A stretch of DNA of 64,000 bases from positions 124,001-188,000 of the forward strand of contig QPGO01000122.1 in the NCBI GenBank assembly GCA_008632985.1, given 5' to 3'. This document shows positions 1 through 12,976 of this stretch, one piece after another. Position 1 is the first letter of the stretch. Each line of letters begins with the position of its first letter. The translations under genes and the position numbers were made by a program. The DNA is from Psammoneis japonica. Taxonomy: Eukaryota. The notes under the pieces were generated by a model. That model made no database searches. It was not told the origin of the DNA and saw only the letters and a list, made by a program, of their open reading frames with translations.

Positions 1-239
1 CATGCATCCGAGATGAAAATCAGACGTGGTGCAAGTAGCTAGTGTGGTGAATCATCGGCCGCGATGCTAAAAAGAAGACACTGTTGCACCACATCATCAA
101 AAGAACATAGAGACAAGAGATCACCATCATTAAGATCTACGTTGACAATCTAAAGCACTGGTTTTTAAACACACAATTGCGCTGAAACCCCCAAGCAATC
201 TCTCCACGAGTCTTCACCGGCAATCTCAAGATCCCGCCG

Positions 240-1470
240 CCGACGGTTGGTGTGTTACATGGGCTCCAACCACTGCCAGTGCTAGCAGCACACAGGCTCC
301 CACTGCCACCAGCACCTGCAGCAAAAGGCTCCAACTGCCTCCAGCGCCACTGGCACACAGGCGCCCACCGTCACCACTGGCTCCCACCGCCACCACTGCC
401 AGCAGTGCACAGGCTCCCACTGCCACCACTGCCAGCAGCAAAACACCTCCAATCACCACCACTGCCAGCAGCGTGCAGGGGCACCATCAACACCAGATGA
501 AAAGAATCCAACCGCCTCGAATGCCAGTGGCACCCACCGCCACCAGACAAAAAGGACAGTGGTGCACAGGCTCCAACCGCCGCAAGCGCTGGCAGCTGTG
601 CAGGGTGCAGCCTCCCACTGCCACCAGTGCCAGCATCATGCAGGGGCACCCACCGCCACCAGATAGAAATGACAGCAGTGCACAGGCTCCAACCGCTGCC
701 AGTGCCAGCAGCTGTGCAGGATGCAGCCTCCCACTGCCGCCAGTGCCAGCATCACACGGGGGTGCCAACCGCCACCAGATAAAAAAGATGGTTGTGCACA
801 GGCTCCAACATTTGCCAACGCCAGCAAATGTGCAGGATGCAGGCTCACACCGCCACCAGTGCTGCAGCAGCAGCACACAGGCTGCTGCTGCCGCCAGCGG
901 TTGTGGCAAAAGGCTCCAACCGCCTCCAGTGCCAGCGGCACACAGGATCACACCACCACCAGTGCTGGCCTTGACACACAGGCTCCCACTGCAACCACTG
1001 GCCAGTGGCAAAAAAGCTCCAACCACCACCAGTCCCAACAGCACACAGGGGCACCCACCGACATCACATGGCGAGGCTCCAAACGCCTCGATGGTCACCA
1101 GCACACAGGCTCCAACCGCCGGATGCAGGCTCACACCGCCACCAGTGCTGCAGCAGCAGGACACAGGCTGCCACTGCCACCAGTTCTAGCAGCAAAAGGC
1201 TCCAACCACCTCCAGTGCCAGCAGCACACAGGATCACACCGCCACCAGTGCTGGCCTTGATGTGCAGGCTCCCACTGCAACCACTGGCTAGCAGCAAAAA
1301 AGCTCCAACCACCACCAGCACCAGCATCATGCAGGGGCACCAACCGCCACCAGATGAAAAGGACAGCAGTGCACAGGCTCCAGCCACCCCCAGTGCAAAA
1401 GCAGCAAAAGGCTCCTGCCGCCGCCAGTGCTGCCACATTCAGCCCTGCCACAACACACAGTCCAGTCCAT
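240..1470. repeat. Degenerate hierarchical tandem repeat (core about gcacacaggctccaaccgccaccagtgccagc; higher-order units of about 120 and 290 bp), TpA-depleted
   Basis: caggctccaacc / ccaccagtgc motifs recur throughout; 833-1030 is duplicated at 1119-1320; + frames read as TQAPTAASAS-like repeats. Confidence 0.75.
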
Positions 1471-2224
1471 GAATTTATGTTGAAAACAACACCGTCAGAG
1501 ATGCCACCAACGAGACAGATCTCTTTCAAACTTTCCAACACATTGTCACATCTAGAAGCACACACTGTGGCATGGCTGCGGGAACGCACTGAAGACGCCG
1601 CCGCCGCATCATCATCATCGTGAAAGCGCCGTTTGCGTTGGCCTCACGCAAATTTGAATGAGGCCTGATTGGTGCAACTGCCATTTCAGCATCACCCCAC
1701 GTAACATTGCGCACGTAGAATCCTGCACAAGTTTTGTGAACGCATGGAAGGACAGGCCGAGTGCGACCATTTTTTCAAATCTCCACAGTCCATTGTGGAA
1801 CACTTTTGACATGCTAAACACGACCTGATTTGGACCGTTGGTATTTTAATGCATTCTACAGACATGTGGGCGTGCATTAAAATAGGTCTGGGGGTCAAAA
1901 ACTCCAAATCGCGACCCCCAAGTGTTCCACAGTTTCAAAGTCATCGAAAATGTCCAAAAACGCCTTCTGACTGCACTTTGGCTGTGAACATCACGGCAAG
2001 ACGACACGAGCACAGAAGATACGATAGATGGGTACGAGTTTGCTCCGCCGCCCCCGTGGGGGCCCGCAATGCGCGAAAGTGTGCGTGTTTGGGTAGGGAG
2101 ATTCTACGTGGCACGATCACGGGAAAAATTAAGTCCCCCCCCTTGCCCCCGAAGCCGCCCACTCTCAACGCTTCACATGTAATAAGCATGCTGCTTCCAA
2201 TGGCAACGAGGAAAGAGCAATACT

Positions 2225-3703
2225 ATGCAGCATCGGACGCCAACGGCACCAACGGCTACCGCCGACAAGGATGACAGACTGAAAGTAGGAGAAAAATCAG
2301 AAGTAGAACCATCAACAGGCATGCAGCCGTTGGTAGTAGAATCGTTATCCAGCGTGATGATGGAGCACAGCGCCGAAGAGGAAGACGACGACGACGACGT
2401 GATGATGGAGCATTCAATCTCACACGAAGCGCCACCACCACCCTCTCCTGCAAAAGTCAATGCTGCCTTGATCTTGGGTCAATCATTTTTTGGACTTGGA
2501 AGTGTGATTGCAGCCTTGGGCTTACCGGCTTGCAATCCGTTTGCCTTTGCGTTGTATCGAGAAGTCACAGCGGGTGTCTTACTGCTTGCCGCCGCTACGG
2601 CGGCTACAACTCTGAGAACGCGTCGTCCATATCAACATCATCCTCTGATTCCACTGTTTCAAAATCCGTTGCGTTTCTTATTGCTGGGTCTGGCCATTTT
2701 TGCCAATCAAGCTGGAGGTACGTACGTGCTTGCTGGTTCTGTGCGGTTGTGTGTGATGCTATTTCGCGGTCAGGAAACCATTCAGAAATACGTTTCTTCT
2801 TGCTATTTTTCTGTCAATACAGGCATTGTCGGGATCAAATTAGCAGGACCGATTGCCGCTGCGGTTTGGCAGCCCTCTCAACCCATCATGACAGTTGCTA
2901 TATGTATGGCCTTGAAGCAGGAACCCTTTATCAGGTTGCGACTCGTGGGAGTGGGTGTTGCGTTTGGAGCATGCGTGTTGATGGTACTACTCTCGTCACA
3001 GGAACGAGACGAGACGACAAGCGACAACAACAATGATGGTGAAGCAACTGCAAACACTAGCTATGCGGCCTATGCTGTGGGTAATCTCTTGTTCTTTGTC
3101 AACTGCTTGGGCACATCTCTTTACGTCATTCTCTCCAAGAAAGTTTTGCAACTGTATCCGCCTCTCACGGTGACAGCATTGTCGTACAATGTGGCTGCCG
3201 CATTCATGGCTCTGGCTGCATTCCTCTTCTCCACGTCGGCACCTTTGATGGAATTTATATGTCCGGAATGCACTTCGACTTGGAACATTCCATCCGGAGC
3301 CTTCTTTGCTCTTGCATACTTCATTTTGTTTAATTCGTGTGCCGCCTATGCCATTATGACTTGGGCCAATCAGCATGCCACGGGCACACTTGTTATGGGA
3401 TTCACGGTCCTCCAACCCGTCACGGCGGCCTTGTTCACTGTAACCTTGCTGGCGATTGGCCTTTACTCTACCTGCGACAAGGGAGTGACGCCGTGTCTCG
3501 ATCCTCCTACTTTGAGTTCCGGCTTGGGTATGTTGGGAGTCTTTGCAGGACTTTATTTGGTCATTGTTACAGAGCCAGCCAGTGAACAGGCTCATCGTCA
3601 TCAAGCTATAGTAGAAACCGACGACGAAGAGGAGGTGGTGTTGGAGGAAGAATTTGAAGATGACGAGGATAACTTTGAGATTGAACCTGTTGCAATAACT
3701 TGA
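2225..3703 (+). CDS. EamA/DMT-superfamily (WAT1-like) membrane transporter, with a probable in-frame intron at about 2718-2822
   Basis: Roughly 10 hydrophobic segments; motifs FALYRE, NQ..GIKLAGP..AAVWQPSQPI, NCLGTSLY..LSK, LQPV; GT..AG-bounded 105-bp segment; start codon uncertain (2225 or 2321). Confidence 0.85.
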   Translation: MQHRTPTAPTATADKDDRLKVGEKSEVEPSTGMQPLVVESLSSVMMEHSAEEEDDDDDVMMEHSISHEAPPPPSPAKVNAALILGQSFFGLGSVIAALGLPACNPFAFALYREVTAGVLLLAAATAATTLRTRRPYQHHPLIPLFQNPLRFLLLGLAIFANQAGGTYVLAGSVRLCVMLFRGQETIQKYVSSCYFSVNTGIVGIKLAGPIAAAVWQPSQPIMTVAICMALKQEPFIRLRLVGVGVAFGACVLMVLLSSQERDETTSDNNNDGEATANTSYAAYAVGNLLFFVNCLGTSLYVILSKKVLQLYPPLTVTALSYNVAAAFMALAAFLFSTSAPLMEFICPECTSTWNIPSGAFFALAYFILFNSCAAYAIMTWANQHATGTLVMGFTVLQPVTAALFTVTLLAIGLYSTCDKGVTPCLDPPTLSSGLGMLGVFAGLYLVIVTEPASEQAHRHQAIVETDDEEEVVLEEEFEDDEDNFEIEPVAIT

Positions 3704-4002
3704 GGCCGTTCCAAGCAAAACTGGAACAGGATTCACACAAGAGTCTTGCAGTCAAGCGGTTCTCCCGCCGATTAAGAGATTCGCAAATGAATGCACCTGA
3801 TGGTCGAGCGAAGCACAGCGACTACAGAGTGTAAGCAGAGGACCGGTTGGGCATCCAGGCACAAGGTTGAACGGACCCCATCCCACTTGAGACAGAGAGG
3901 AGAGGATGTGTCTCCCACTCCTCCTCCGACTCTCCCAACTTTCCGAAGACACGCATGCAAGGTCGTGGAAGCGAACCCTTCCATGTCTTCCCTCGCCCTC
4001 TG

Positions 4003-4248
4003 TACAGTGGATTCCACATACACTGGGCTCCGCATATGTAGCGGACTCCGCATATACAGTGGACTCCGCATATGCAGCGGACTTCGCTTATACAGTGGAC
4101 TCCGTATACACCGTAGACTCCTCCGCTTGTTACTCCGCATATACATTGGACTTAGCATATCAGTAGACTTTGCATATGAAGTGAAAACCGGTTATACAGT
4201 AAACTCCGCTTATACAGTGGACTCCGCATAGCGGACTCCGGAACTCCG
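4003..4248. repeat. 18-bp minisatellite, consensus about TAYAGTGGACTCCGCATA, about 13 imperfect units
   Basis: Adjacent units such as tacagtggactccgcata / tgcagcggacttcgctta / tacagtggactccgtata. Confidence 0.85.
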
Positions 4249-4539
4249 ACCCTCGCCTCACGGATGTACTCTTACAGACCGGAGTGGGATCTACTTGCGA
4301 GTAGGGCACTTCGTACCGCACCGGTAAGTGCGTTCGTTAGTTCCTATCGCTAAATTCTTCAGTTCATCGGCCTAATGCCGATTCACCACACGGTAAATTC
4401 TTCAGCACCGTCTGCGAAAGCCCCGTTTGCATGTTTCAGCAAATGGCGGCGTTTTGACGCGTTCTTGTGTGTGAAACGACCGACAAACGTAGAAAGCTGC
4501 CGTTGCAACGTCAACGGCTGCACGGCGCTCTCAACAAGC

Positions 4540-7150
4540 ACCACGACAATCATCCCAAATGCAAGTCCAATTGCACAATCACATTGCGCATGTTCAAATT
4601 GATGTGTTGGTGCATTCTTGCATCTGAAACGGGCGCTGTAAGATGACACTGGCAACAAAGTTTTTCATCACTGAGATTGGTGTTTGGTGCACACATCACA
4701 TCCTGGAGGCATGCAGAATCCTGCCCTGCAGGTGAAGCGGTTGATGGCCCCGTCATTTTTCTGAAAAGTCTTGACAGCTGTGAGCTGCATTTTTCTGTGC
4801 CTGTTTCAATTCCACAGCTGCAGAAGCAGCCCACATCAATTGGCACAAAATGGCACAGCATTGGAACAAAAGATTCCAGTAAAATGAGGTGCAAAAGACC
4901 CCGAAAAAGAGGAAAAACACTTTGCAACAGCAATTCTCCACCATGCCAAGACAATGTTGACTGTGCAGTGATCAAAGTGCATCATCACAGCACAGCATTG
5001 ATGCAGCAGACTAACCAAAACATGGGCTGCTCAAACACTTTACTTTTGCAGCAATTCATTTGCTTCAAGCCTCGCCAAAGCATGCTCAAAGGTGCTGACT
5101 GCAATGGCAAGTTTGTGTTTCAATGCACTGTGTGTTTGCAAGCAGAGTTGGTGCCAGTGGCACAGGTGGTGTTTTTTTGTTCCAAAACCGAGTCACATGT
5201 CAACACATGATTTTGCCTGTTGCACATTTCAGCAATTGCCAAAACATGGATCTGATCAAGATTTTGGCTGTTGTCATCATTGGGGAGACTCTCCAGAAGC
5301 TGGTGCATGCACATGCTGAGGAGTTTGCTTGCAACGTCATCTGGCGGCAGGTTGACGGGGGGGAACACCAGATGCAGAGCAGGGGTGGAACTGAATCATG
5401 TGGGCAGGGCAAGGGATGGAAGTGGGGTCGGGGTGCGTTGGTGAGCTGGGACTGCAGTTTGGTGCAGTGGTGGGTGAGTTGGTCAGCAAGTGATTTGGTT
5501 GTTGCAAAGCCAAGGCTTTGAAGGTCCCATTGTGAAAGAGTTGAGGTGTGGTGGGTTGAGCCCAAGCGTGCAGCAGATGTGTTTTTCCAAGTGGCGGTGG
5601 CAATGGGGAGGATGAAGGATGAAGGATGGCAACAGTTGTGTGCAGGTGATGCGGCATGGGTGGCAGGATGTTGGAAGAAGGATTTGGCATTCCAAGGAGG
5701 TGCTGGTGGGGCAGGGACAGGGTGTTGTTGATCGGCTCCAAAAAGAGGAGGTTGTGTGCAAAGCAGCCGGGGGCTCCAAAGTGATCGATGGTGAAGGGGA
5801 TGAGGCATTTGCCGGCATTGTTGAGGGTGGATGCAAGGGCAGTTTTGAGTTGAGTTTCATGTGTTCAAACTGCGATGTCTTGCTGGCAGACAAAGATGAT
5901 GCACTGGCAAACACTGAAAACATGTGACACATGTTCACACAACAAATGGAGTTTGATTTTTGAAAGGTGTGAGTTGAGTGCAAAAAGTGGAAAACAGAAA
6001 ATTGCAACCAGCTTCCACATGCCACAAGCTGCTGCAAGAATTGAAAATTCCCATCACGGTTTATGATTTGCCCAACAAGCACCCAATTTGGCAGTGCAGC
6101 TTGTGGTCCATTCCAGAAAACTGTTGGTCACAAGTCAGAGAGGAGAAGCGAAGTTGGGTGATGATGGGAAAACAGTCAACCACACTCCAGGTTTGTGCAT
6201 TGCATGGGAAATCCCTGCCTTGATGAAGACCACCACATGCCCATTGTGAATTTTGGCATCCCGACTTGTGACTTGTGTGAGACCCAGGAGCCAGTTTTGA
6301 ATTTGTCTGTGATGGACAGCACAAAACAAGGGTGACAGCACTTCTGGTTGGCAGAACAACACAACAGATCATGTCAAAATGGAATTTTTAAATTTGCTTT
6401 TGTTCCAGCAGCCCCCCGCTGGAAATCCAAATGACATCCCTTCAGGGGTGCACCCCAGGTGGTTTGTTTTGGGCAACTGCCCATGCATCCAACTCCATCA
6501 CTTCTTTCATGTGTGCTTTGGTGACTTGGTCTTCCTCTTTGAGAAGGACCCAACCTTGCTTTGCATGAGGGAAGAGTTTTTTGTTGGCAGCATCCACCGG
6601 AAACGTGTTGTGGCGCAAGTGCAATCCAGCATGACCAAAGCATTCACATGACTCTGCCTCCTCCATAAATCCATGGATGTGAAGCAGATCTTGCTGCCAT
6701 TCCACACCCTTGTGAACAGCCTTGCTGATCATCTTGTGCCTCTTGGTCATCACAAACATCAAGGGGGACACATCCACTTCATTGGATGCTGACAAAGTTG
6801 AGCCGTTGTTCATGGTCAAGGCAGCAAAAGATTCCGACTCCAAACCCAGCAGGACTGCTGATGTCATTGCAACCCTCTTTGTTTGAGATGCCTGCCAACA
6901 AATGTGCGCACAGTTTGGCAAGGGCTGGCATTGTTGCGGAGGTGGTCAAGGCCAAGATCACATTGGAGGATGAGTTTGGCATTTTGAGGCCATGGTGTTA
7001 CAAACTTGCCGGCATGAGGTTCAAGTTACAAAGCCAGGGTTGATTGTGCTTCTGTGACACTGCGTGATGGAAGTGTCTCACAACCCATTTCTCCAGACAA
7101 AAGAAACTCAAACTGCCCCCGACCCCCCCCCCCCCTCATCCCCCCACAGC
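4540..7150. mobile_element. Heavily decayed repeat or transposon relic of unassigned class
   Basis: Near absence of TpA and CpG, excess TpG/CpA, only broken Cys/His/Gln-rich ORFs; ends in a C-rich tract at 7115-7145. Confidence 0.5.
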
Positions 7151-7192
7151 ACTCTGGAGCAGGGATCTCTGCTCTCTCCACTCTAGAGGAGA

Positions 7193-9222
7193 GAGCAGAG
7201 CCAGTGGAGAGGGGGCTGACAGCTGACCCAGATGACCAATTGTTGTGCACATTTTTTGCACGACAAACAGTGATTGCGGAAAAACCTGAAACCAACACAA
7301 CACCACTCTCTCTGCCACAGCACTGGCTGCAGCCAGCTGCTGCTCCAGCGGAGCTCTGCTCTAGAGCAGCCAGTGGCAGAGAGGGCCCAACAGCATGGCA
7401 GCAACAACAATGACATGATGTTTTGCGGGTGTTGATGATTTGCAATTCCACAATGAGTTGACCATCCTCCACTGCCAATGTGAGTTCAGCTGTTCATCAG
7501 AGCAGCCTCCCAGTTGTAAGTGGATTTCAATTCCAGAGGTCATGGAGGAGAGAGTGAGGCATGAAAACAATGACGATTTCTTTTTTTGTCAAACGGACAC
7601 ATCCACAGTGAAAGTCTTGAATGTTGGAGTGAGTGTCGGCAGCGATGCAGCCAAGGATCTTTACACACACTCATTGCAACAAGCACACTTGCAACATAAA
7701 AGGACATTCGTGGGTGTTGAAATTGCATGTCGCATGATGATTGGAGATGCTCTGTCATTTTCATTGCTCTTTCTGCAGTTGAAACCAAGGTGCAGTGCAG
7801 CTCACTCAGATTTCATGCATGCAGAATGAACAACAGATTGCACCATCGGCTGTTTGACCCTCGCTTTCAAATCTGTTGTCATTTTCAAAAATCTCTGCAA
7901 ATCATTGTCGACAGCCACCTCTGCCTCTGTCAACTGATGACTTGCTTGCTGTTTCATCCATCATCATGCAGGACAATTGTTGCCAAAGTGAGAGCGAGTG
8001 TTGCTGGGCTCAAAAAACAATGCGCCAGCCAGCCCACATTGGCTCCATGCTCAACCGTGGTTTCTTTTTTTTTTGCAATTGCAACTTTGCCAGGAGAAGA
8101 ATGCGCAGCGCTTCTTGATGGCTTGGTGGAAAGCTTTGATGAAAATGCTTCAAAGCACAATGCATTCCTGACATTTCCACTTCACTGCAGCAGGGAAGAT
8201 GTGATCATTGATTCGCTTTGTTCCCTGCACCATGCCCATCCATTGAACCTGCCAATGATGCCATTTTGGAGCACTTCATTCAACTTCTTCAAGCCCAATG
8301 GGGAGACATGATGTCTCTCATCAACGGCCGTCTTCGTTCTTTGATCCCCATCAGCATTGGTTGCACTGGCAACAGCACCTCGATTCCTTCGGAGTTGACA
8401 ACGGATTGGTCCCAGGATGATGGAAACAATGATGGTGGAAGCACTGGAGGTGATGGGGCAAGTGATGGTGCTGTCATTGCAGCTGGCAGCACCAGTGCAT
8501 CCACGGCAGCTGGCAGCACCGGTGCACCCACGGCGATGACTGTGAACTCAACTGCTGACTCTGAGGAATGAAGAACTCATGGCTTTGGCTGGCTCTGCTT
8601 TTGAAGTGCAAATTTTGGTTTGTCAGATTTGCAGTGTGTCACTGACTTTCAGCTGGTTTTAAGATGTGCCACATGCAGCATTCTTTCCCAACCCATTGAG
8701 ATGGGCTTTGCAAAGAGCAACTGTTGGTCTTGACGGGAAAGCAGTCTTCACCCAAAGTTTCAGCCATTCCATGTGCCACTGCTTTTCCATGGAACCCAGA
8801 CACTGTGAGGTTTTGAGTGGTCTTTTGTCGCTGGTTGACGTCGGCACAAACAGCACATTGACTCCGTTGGAGGTGACTCATTGCACAGTGGGGACCGCTT
8901 CGGAGATCATGGAAACAATGCCTGGGGGGGGACCCGACGACATGGCTCAACACTGGAACAATGATCATTTCCTTTGACCTTGGCAACTCCACTGCCACTG
9001 CAGCAACGAATGGTGCGAATTCTGTTTCTTGGCAAAGCAGGACAAAGTGGGCGAGACGGCAAACTGCGAAACCCAGCGTTGTTGCGTGTTAAAACGCTGC
9101 AAGTAGAGACACTGGTACGACAGCTTCTCCGAAAGTAACAGTTGGCAAAATCGCTTGTCTAATCTGGGCCACTTTAGCGCGCGAGGTAAGCTTATAGTGA
9201 GCCAGCTATTCACATGATTTGC
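7193..9222 (+). repeat. Tandem duplication copy A (hypermutated; pseudogenised version of the 9917-10534 ORF)
   Basis: Colinear with 9229-11208 over about 2 kb; most differences are TpA or CpG in copy B replaced by TpG/CpA here. Confidence 0.9.
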
Positions 9223-9228
9223 GGTCTA

Positions 9229-11208
9229 CAGCAGAGCACCGGTAGAGAGGGGGCTGACGGCTGACCCGCCAGACGACCAATTATCGCGCACATTTTTCGC
9301 GCGACGAACAGCGGTCACGGCAAAACCTGAAACCAACGCCAACGCAACAACACGATAGCAACAACGACACGATGTTTTGCGGGTGTTGATGCTTTATAAT
9401 TCCGTCACGAGTTGACCATCCTCCACTACCAATATGAGTTCAGCTGTTCAGCAGAGTAGCCTCCCGGTTGCAAGTGGATTTCAATTCCAGAGGTCATGGA
9501 GGAGAGTGAGGCATGAAAACGATGACGATTCCTTTTCGTGTCGAACGGACGCTTCCACGGTGAAAGTCTCGAATGTTGGAGTAAGTGTCGGCGGCGATAC
9601 AGCCAAGGATCTTTACACGCGCTCGTTACAACAAGCATGGTTGCAACGTAGAAGGACGTGTGTGGGTGTTGAAATTGCATGTCGCATGATGATTGGAGAC
9701 GCTCTATCGTTTTCATTGTTCTTTCCGCAGTCAAACCAAGGTGTAGTACAGCTTACGCAGATTTCACGTATGTAGAATGAACGATGGATTGTACCATCGG
9801 CCGTTTGACCCTCGCTTTCAAATCTGTTGTCATTTTCAAAAATCTCTACGAATCGTTGTCGATAGCCGTCACTGCCTCTATCAACTGATAACTTACTTGT
9901 TATTTCATCCATCATCATGCAGGACAATCGCCAGAGTGAGAGTAAGTGCTGCTGTGCTCAAAAAACAATGCGCCAGCCACAGTCCACGTTGCTTCCGTGC
10001 TCAACCGTGGTTTCTTTGTTTTTTGCCGTTGCGATTTTACCAGGAGAAGAAAGCGAAGCGCTTCTCGATGGCTTGGTGGAAAGCTTTGGTCAAAATGCTT
10101 CGGAACGTAATGCATTTCTGGGAGCGCTAGCCTTTGTCGCCGGTATGGTGCACACCGGCTGGGAAGGAGTGACCATGGATTACCTTCGTACTATGTACCG
10201 TAGCGTTTCCGTGGAACCAGCCGATGATGTCGTTTTGGAGCGCCTCATTCAACTTCCTCTAGCCCAATGGGAAGACATGAGGTCTCTCATCAACGAGCGT
10301 CTTCGTTCTTTGATCCCCATCAGCATTGGTTACGCTGGCGATAGCACCTCGATTCCTTCGGAGTTGACTACGGACCGGTCCCGGGACGATGGAAACAATG
10401 CTAGTGGAAGCACCGGAGACGATGGGGCAAGTGATGGTGCTGTCATTGCAGCTGGTAGCACCAGTGCATCCACGGCGGCTGGAAGCTCATCCACGGCGAC
10501 GACTGCGGACTCAACTGCCTTCACGGAAGAATGAAGAACCCGTGGCTTTGGCTGGTTCCGCTTTTGAAGTACAAATTTTGGTTTGTCGAATGTGTAGTAT
10601 ATCACTAAGTTTTAGCTAGTTACAAGATGTGCCACATGCAGCATCCTTTCCCAACCTGTTGAGATCGGCTTATCGAAGAGTAACTGTTAGTCTTGACGGG
10701 AAAGCAGTCTTTACCTAAAGTTTCAGCCGTTCCATGTGCCGCTGCTTTTCCATGGAACCCAGACACAATGAGGTTCTGAGCGGTCTTTTGTCACTGGTTG
10801 ACGCCGGCAATGTTTGCAACAGCACATTGACTCCGTGTTGACTCATTGCGCGGTGGGGACCGCTTCGGAGACCATGGAAACAATGCCTGGCTGGGGGGGG
10901 GACCCGACGATATGGCTCAACACTGGAACAAAATGACTATTTCCTTTGACCTTGGCAACTCCACTACCACTACGGTAACGAATGGTACGAATTCTATTAT
11001 TTCTTGGTAAAGCAGGATAAAATGGGCGAGGCGGCAAACTACGAAACGCAGCGTTGTTGCGTGTTGAAACGCTGCAAGTAGAGACACTGGTACGACAGCT
11101 TCTCCGAAAGTAATAGTTGGCAAAATCGCTCGTCTAATCTATCTGGGCCATTAGCGCGCGAGCTAAGCTTGTATGAATAGTGAGCCAGCTGCTTCACATG
11201 ATTTTGCG
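9229..11208 (+). repeat. Tandem duplication copy B (largely unmutated)
   Basis: Colinear with 7193-9222; both copies end in ...ctgggccca..tagcgcgcgag..gtgagccagct..ttcacatgattt. Confidence 0.9.
9917..10534 (+). CDS. Hypothetical protein (possibly the last exon of a longer gene) inside duplication copy B
   Basis: 205-aa ORF of natural-looking composition with a Ser/Thr/Ala/Gly tail; its homologue in copy A is broken. Confidence 0.35.
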   Translation: MQDNRQSESKCCCAQKTMRQPQSTLLPCSTVVSLFFAVAILPGEESEALLDGLVESFGQNASERNAFLGALAFVAGMVHTGWEGVTMDYLRTMYRSVSVEPADDVVLERLIQLPLAQWEDMRSLINERLRSLIPISIGYAGDSTSIPSELTTDRSRDDGNNASGSTGDDGASDGAVIAAGSTSASTAAGSSSTATTADSTAFTEE

Positions 11209-11390
11209 TCTTGCTGGAAAGGTTATTCTTGTGGAGGAAAAAGACAACAACTTAACGTGGCAGCTAGAAACACAAAGTGAGTTGCGCCATTATCTCAGCG
11301 TCACAAAAGCAGGAACCTAATTAATAACGAGTCTGTATGGCTAAACGAAAAGCAACCATCTCGTAATTTTCCACGATGCAATCAACCGTT

Positions 11391-12711
11391 TTATAAGAGC
11401 GCATCACGCTTGGTGGAAAGCTTCTTTCGAAGATACCAAACGTAAAAGGCAAAGGCGCAAAAGTCGTTGCAAACAAAACGATAAAAAACGTAGCCCAAGC
11501 GCTCCGTTTGGGCTTGTAGATGAATCCATCCTTGCGAGTAATCTTGATACCATCAATAAAGTTGCAGGCATTGTTATTGGGAATTCCAACCACTTGCGAC
11601 TTGAGCTTCTTTTCGCACTTGCCTGCTGGCTGGTAGACACGCTCACAAGCTTCCGACAGCTCGATTTGATTGTACCCATTGTAATTATTGTCCTCGTCTT
11701 GTCTGTTGGGATCTTGTGGAGCCAGACATGAAATACAGTCGGTACTGACAACGGACTTTGTAGCATATGGTAATTCCTGTCCTCGAGTCAGGTTCTTGTA
11801 TGTGCTCCGTCCCTTGGAGTCGTCCGCAAAGTTCGTACACGTGTCGTCGGTAAACATGCCAATATAAATGTCACCACCTTGCTTGCTACAGTAGGGTCCA
11901 ACGTAATATTGGATGCCATCATCACCATCTTGATTAAGCTGACGTTGATAATTGTAGCCATCATCATAATCATCAAACTCTGGCGCCTCAAATTCGTTAC
12001 ACTCCATGTAACGACCAACATCAAACTCTTCTTCCCTCTCTGCCTCATCATCCTCGTAAGGATCGCGGTCAATGCAGTACGATTTACGTCCCTTTACAAA
12101 GCAGTTATATTCGCAATATTCGGGGTTGAATCCATCATCACGGTAGTCATTGTCCTCGCAATCGCCTATAGAACAAGTCAAAAAAGGTATTGAAATTGTG
12201 AGTGTCGAATTGATTGCCGAAAGCAATCAACAGCAAGACACACATCATTCGCATCATGTTGTACTTACACTTTTCATACAAGTACGTTTGACACTCGATT
12301 TCTTGATCACGTCGCTTCGATTCGACATAGGCTTGTACAAAGGTGGCAAGATCCACGATATAATCACCGTGTCCACCGACGCAAAAGAACGAACAGGTTC
12401 GTTTCGGACAAAGACGAAACCGAACCAATCCACGAGAATAGATAAATACCTCATTATTGTTGTTGTTGTTTTCGTCAGCATTATCATTCCACTGTTTGAT
12501 GGAATAACATCCTTGAAAAACAAGCGAGTAATCAAGCATCCACATGTTTTCATTCTCATCCTCGTTACTGCCGTCCACACGACGAGCCACGCTCAAGAGA
12601 TTCGTCCCAAATTCGAGTTTGCTGGAATGCTGCTGCTGGCAGGAATATCGTCTCTGCAGCAGCCGCAGCAGCGAGAGTAACAAGCAACAAGAGCAGCGCT
12701 ATCATTGACAT
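11391..12711 (-). CDS. Silicanin-family (Sin1-like) membrane protein; intron at about 12166-12268; apparent 1-bp frameshifts near both ends
   Basis: Signal peptide, LLSVARRV (RXL-like), SLVFQGC..QWN, LVRFRLCP..C..C..G.GDYIVD, YCIDRDPY, YYVGPYC, GMFTDDTC, C-terminal TM segment then YVWYLRKKL (in a shifted frame); family recognised from memory of Sin1. Confidence 0.8.
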
Positions 12712-12976
12712 GGTTCAATCCAAGGTTCCATCAATACTATGTTCACACGGCAACGTTGACCGAAAGACGTGAGCGTGTTGTCGTGTCTCGTCTAGACTAG
12801 AGTAGCAACGGCCAAAATAATGTGAGCCGAGTTTGAAACGGTTGGAAACATCATATTCAGATCGGAATACTTGTATACATAGTTTGAGCATCCGCGCGCA
12901 TCACGTCGCACGCGTCAGCACGATGACCGATAGCCGACACAAACACCCTCGCTCGCTCAAAAACAACGCAGCCACC

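Noticed and set aside
4003..4248. CRISPR-like appearance of the 18-bp array
   Set aside because: Units are directly adjacent with no unique spacers, there are no cas genes, and the context is eukaryotic
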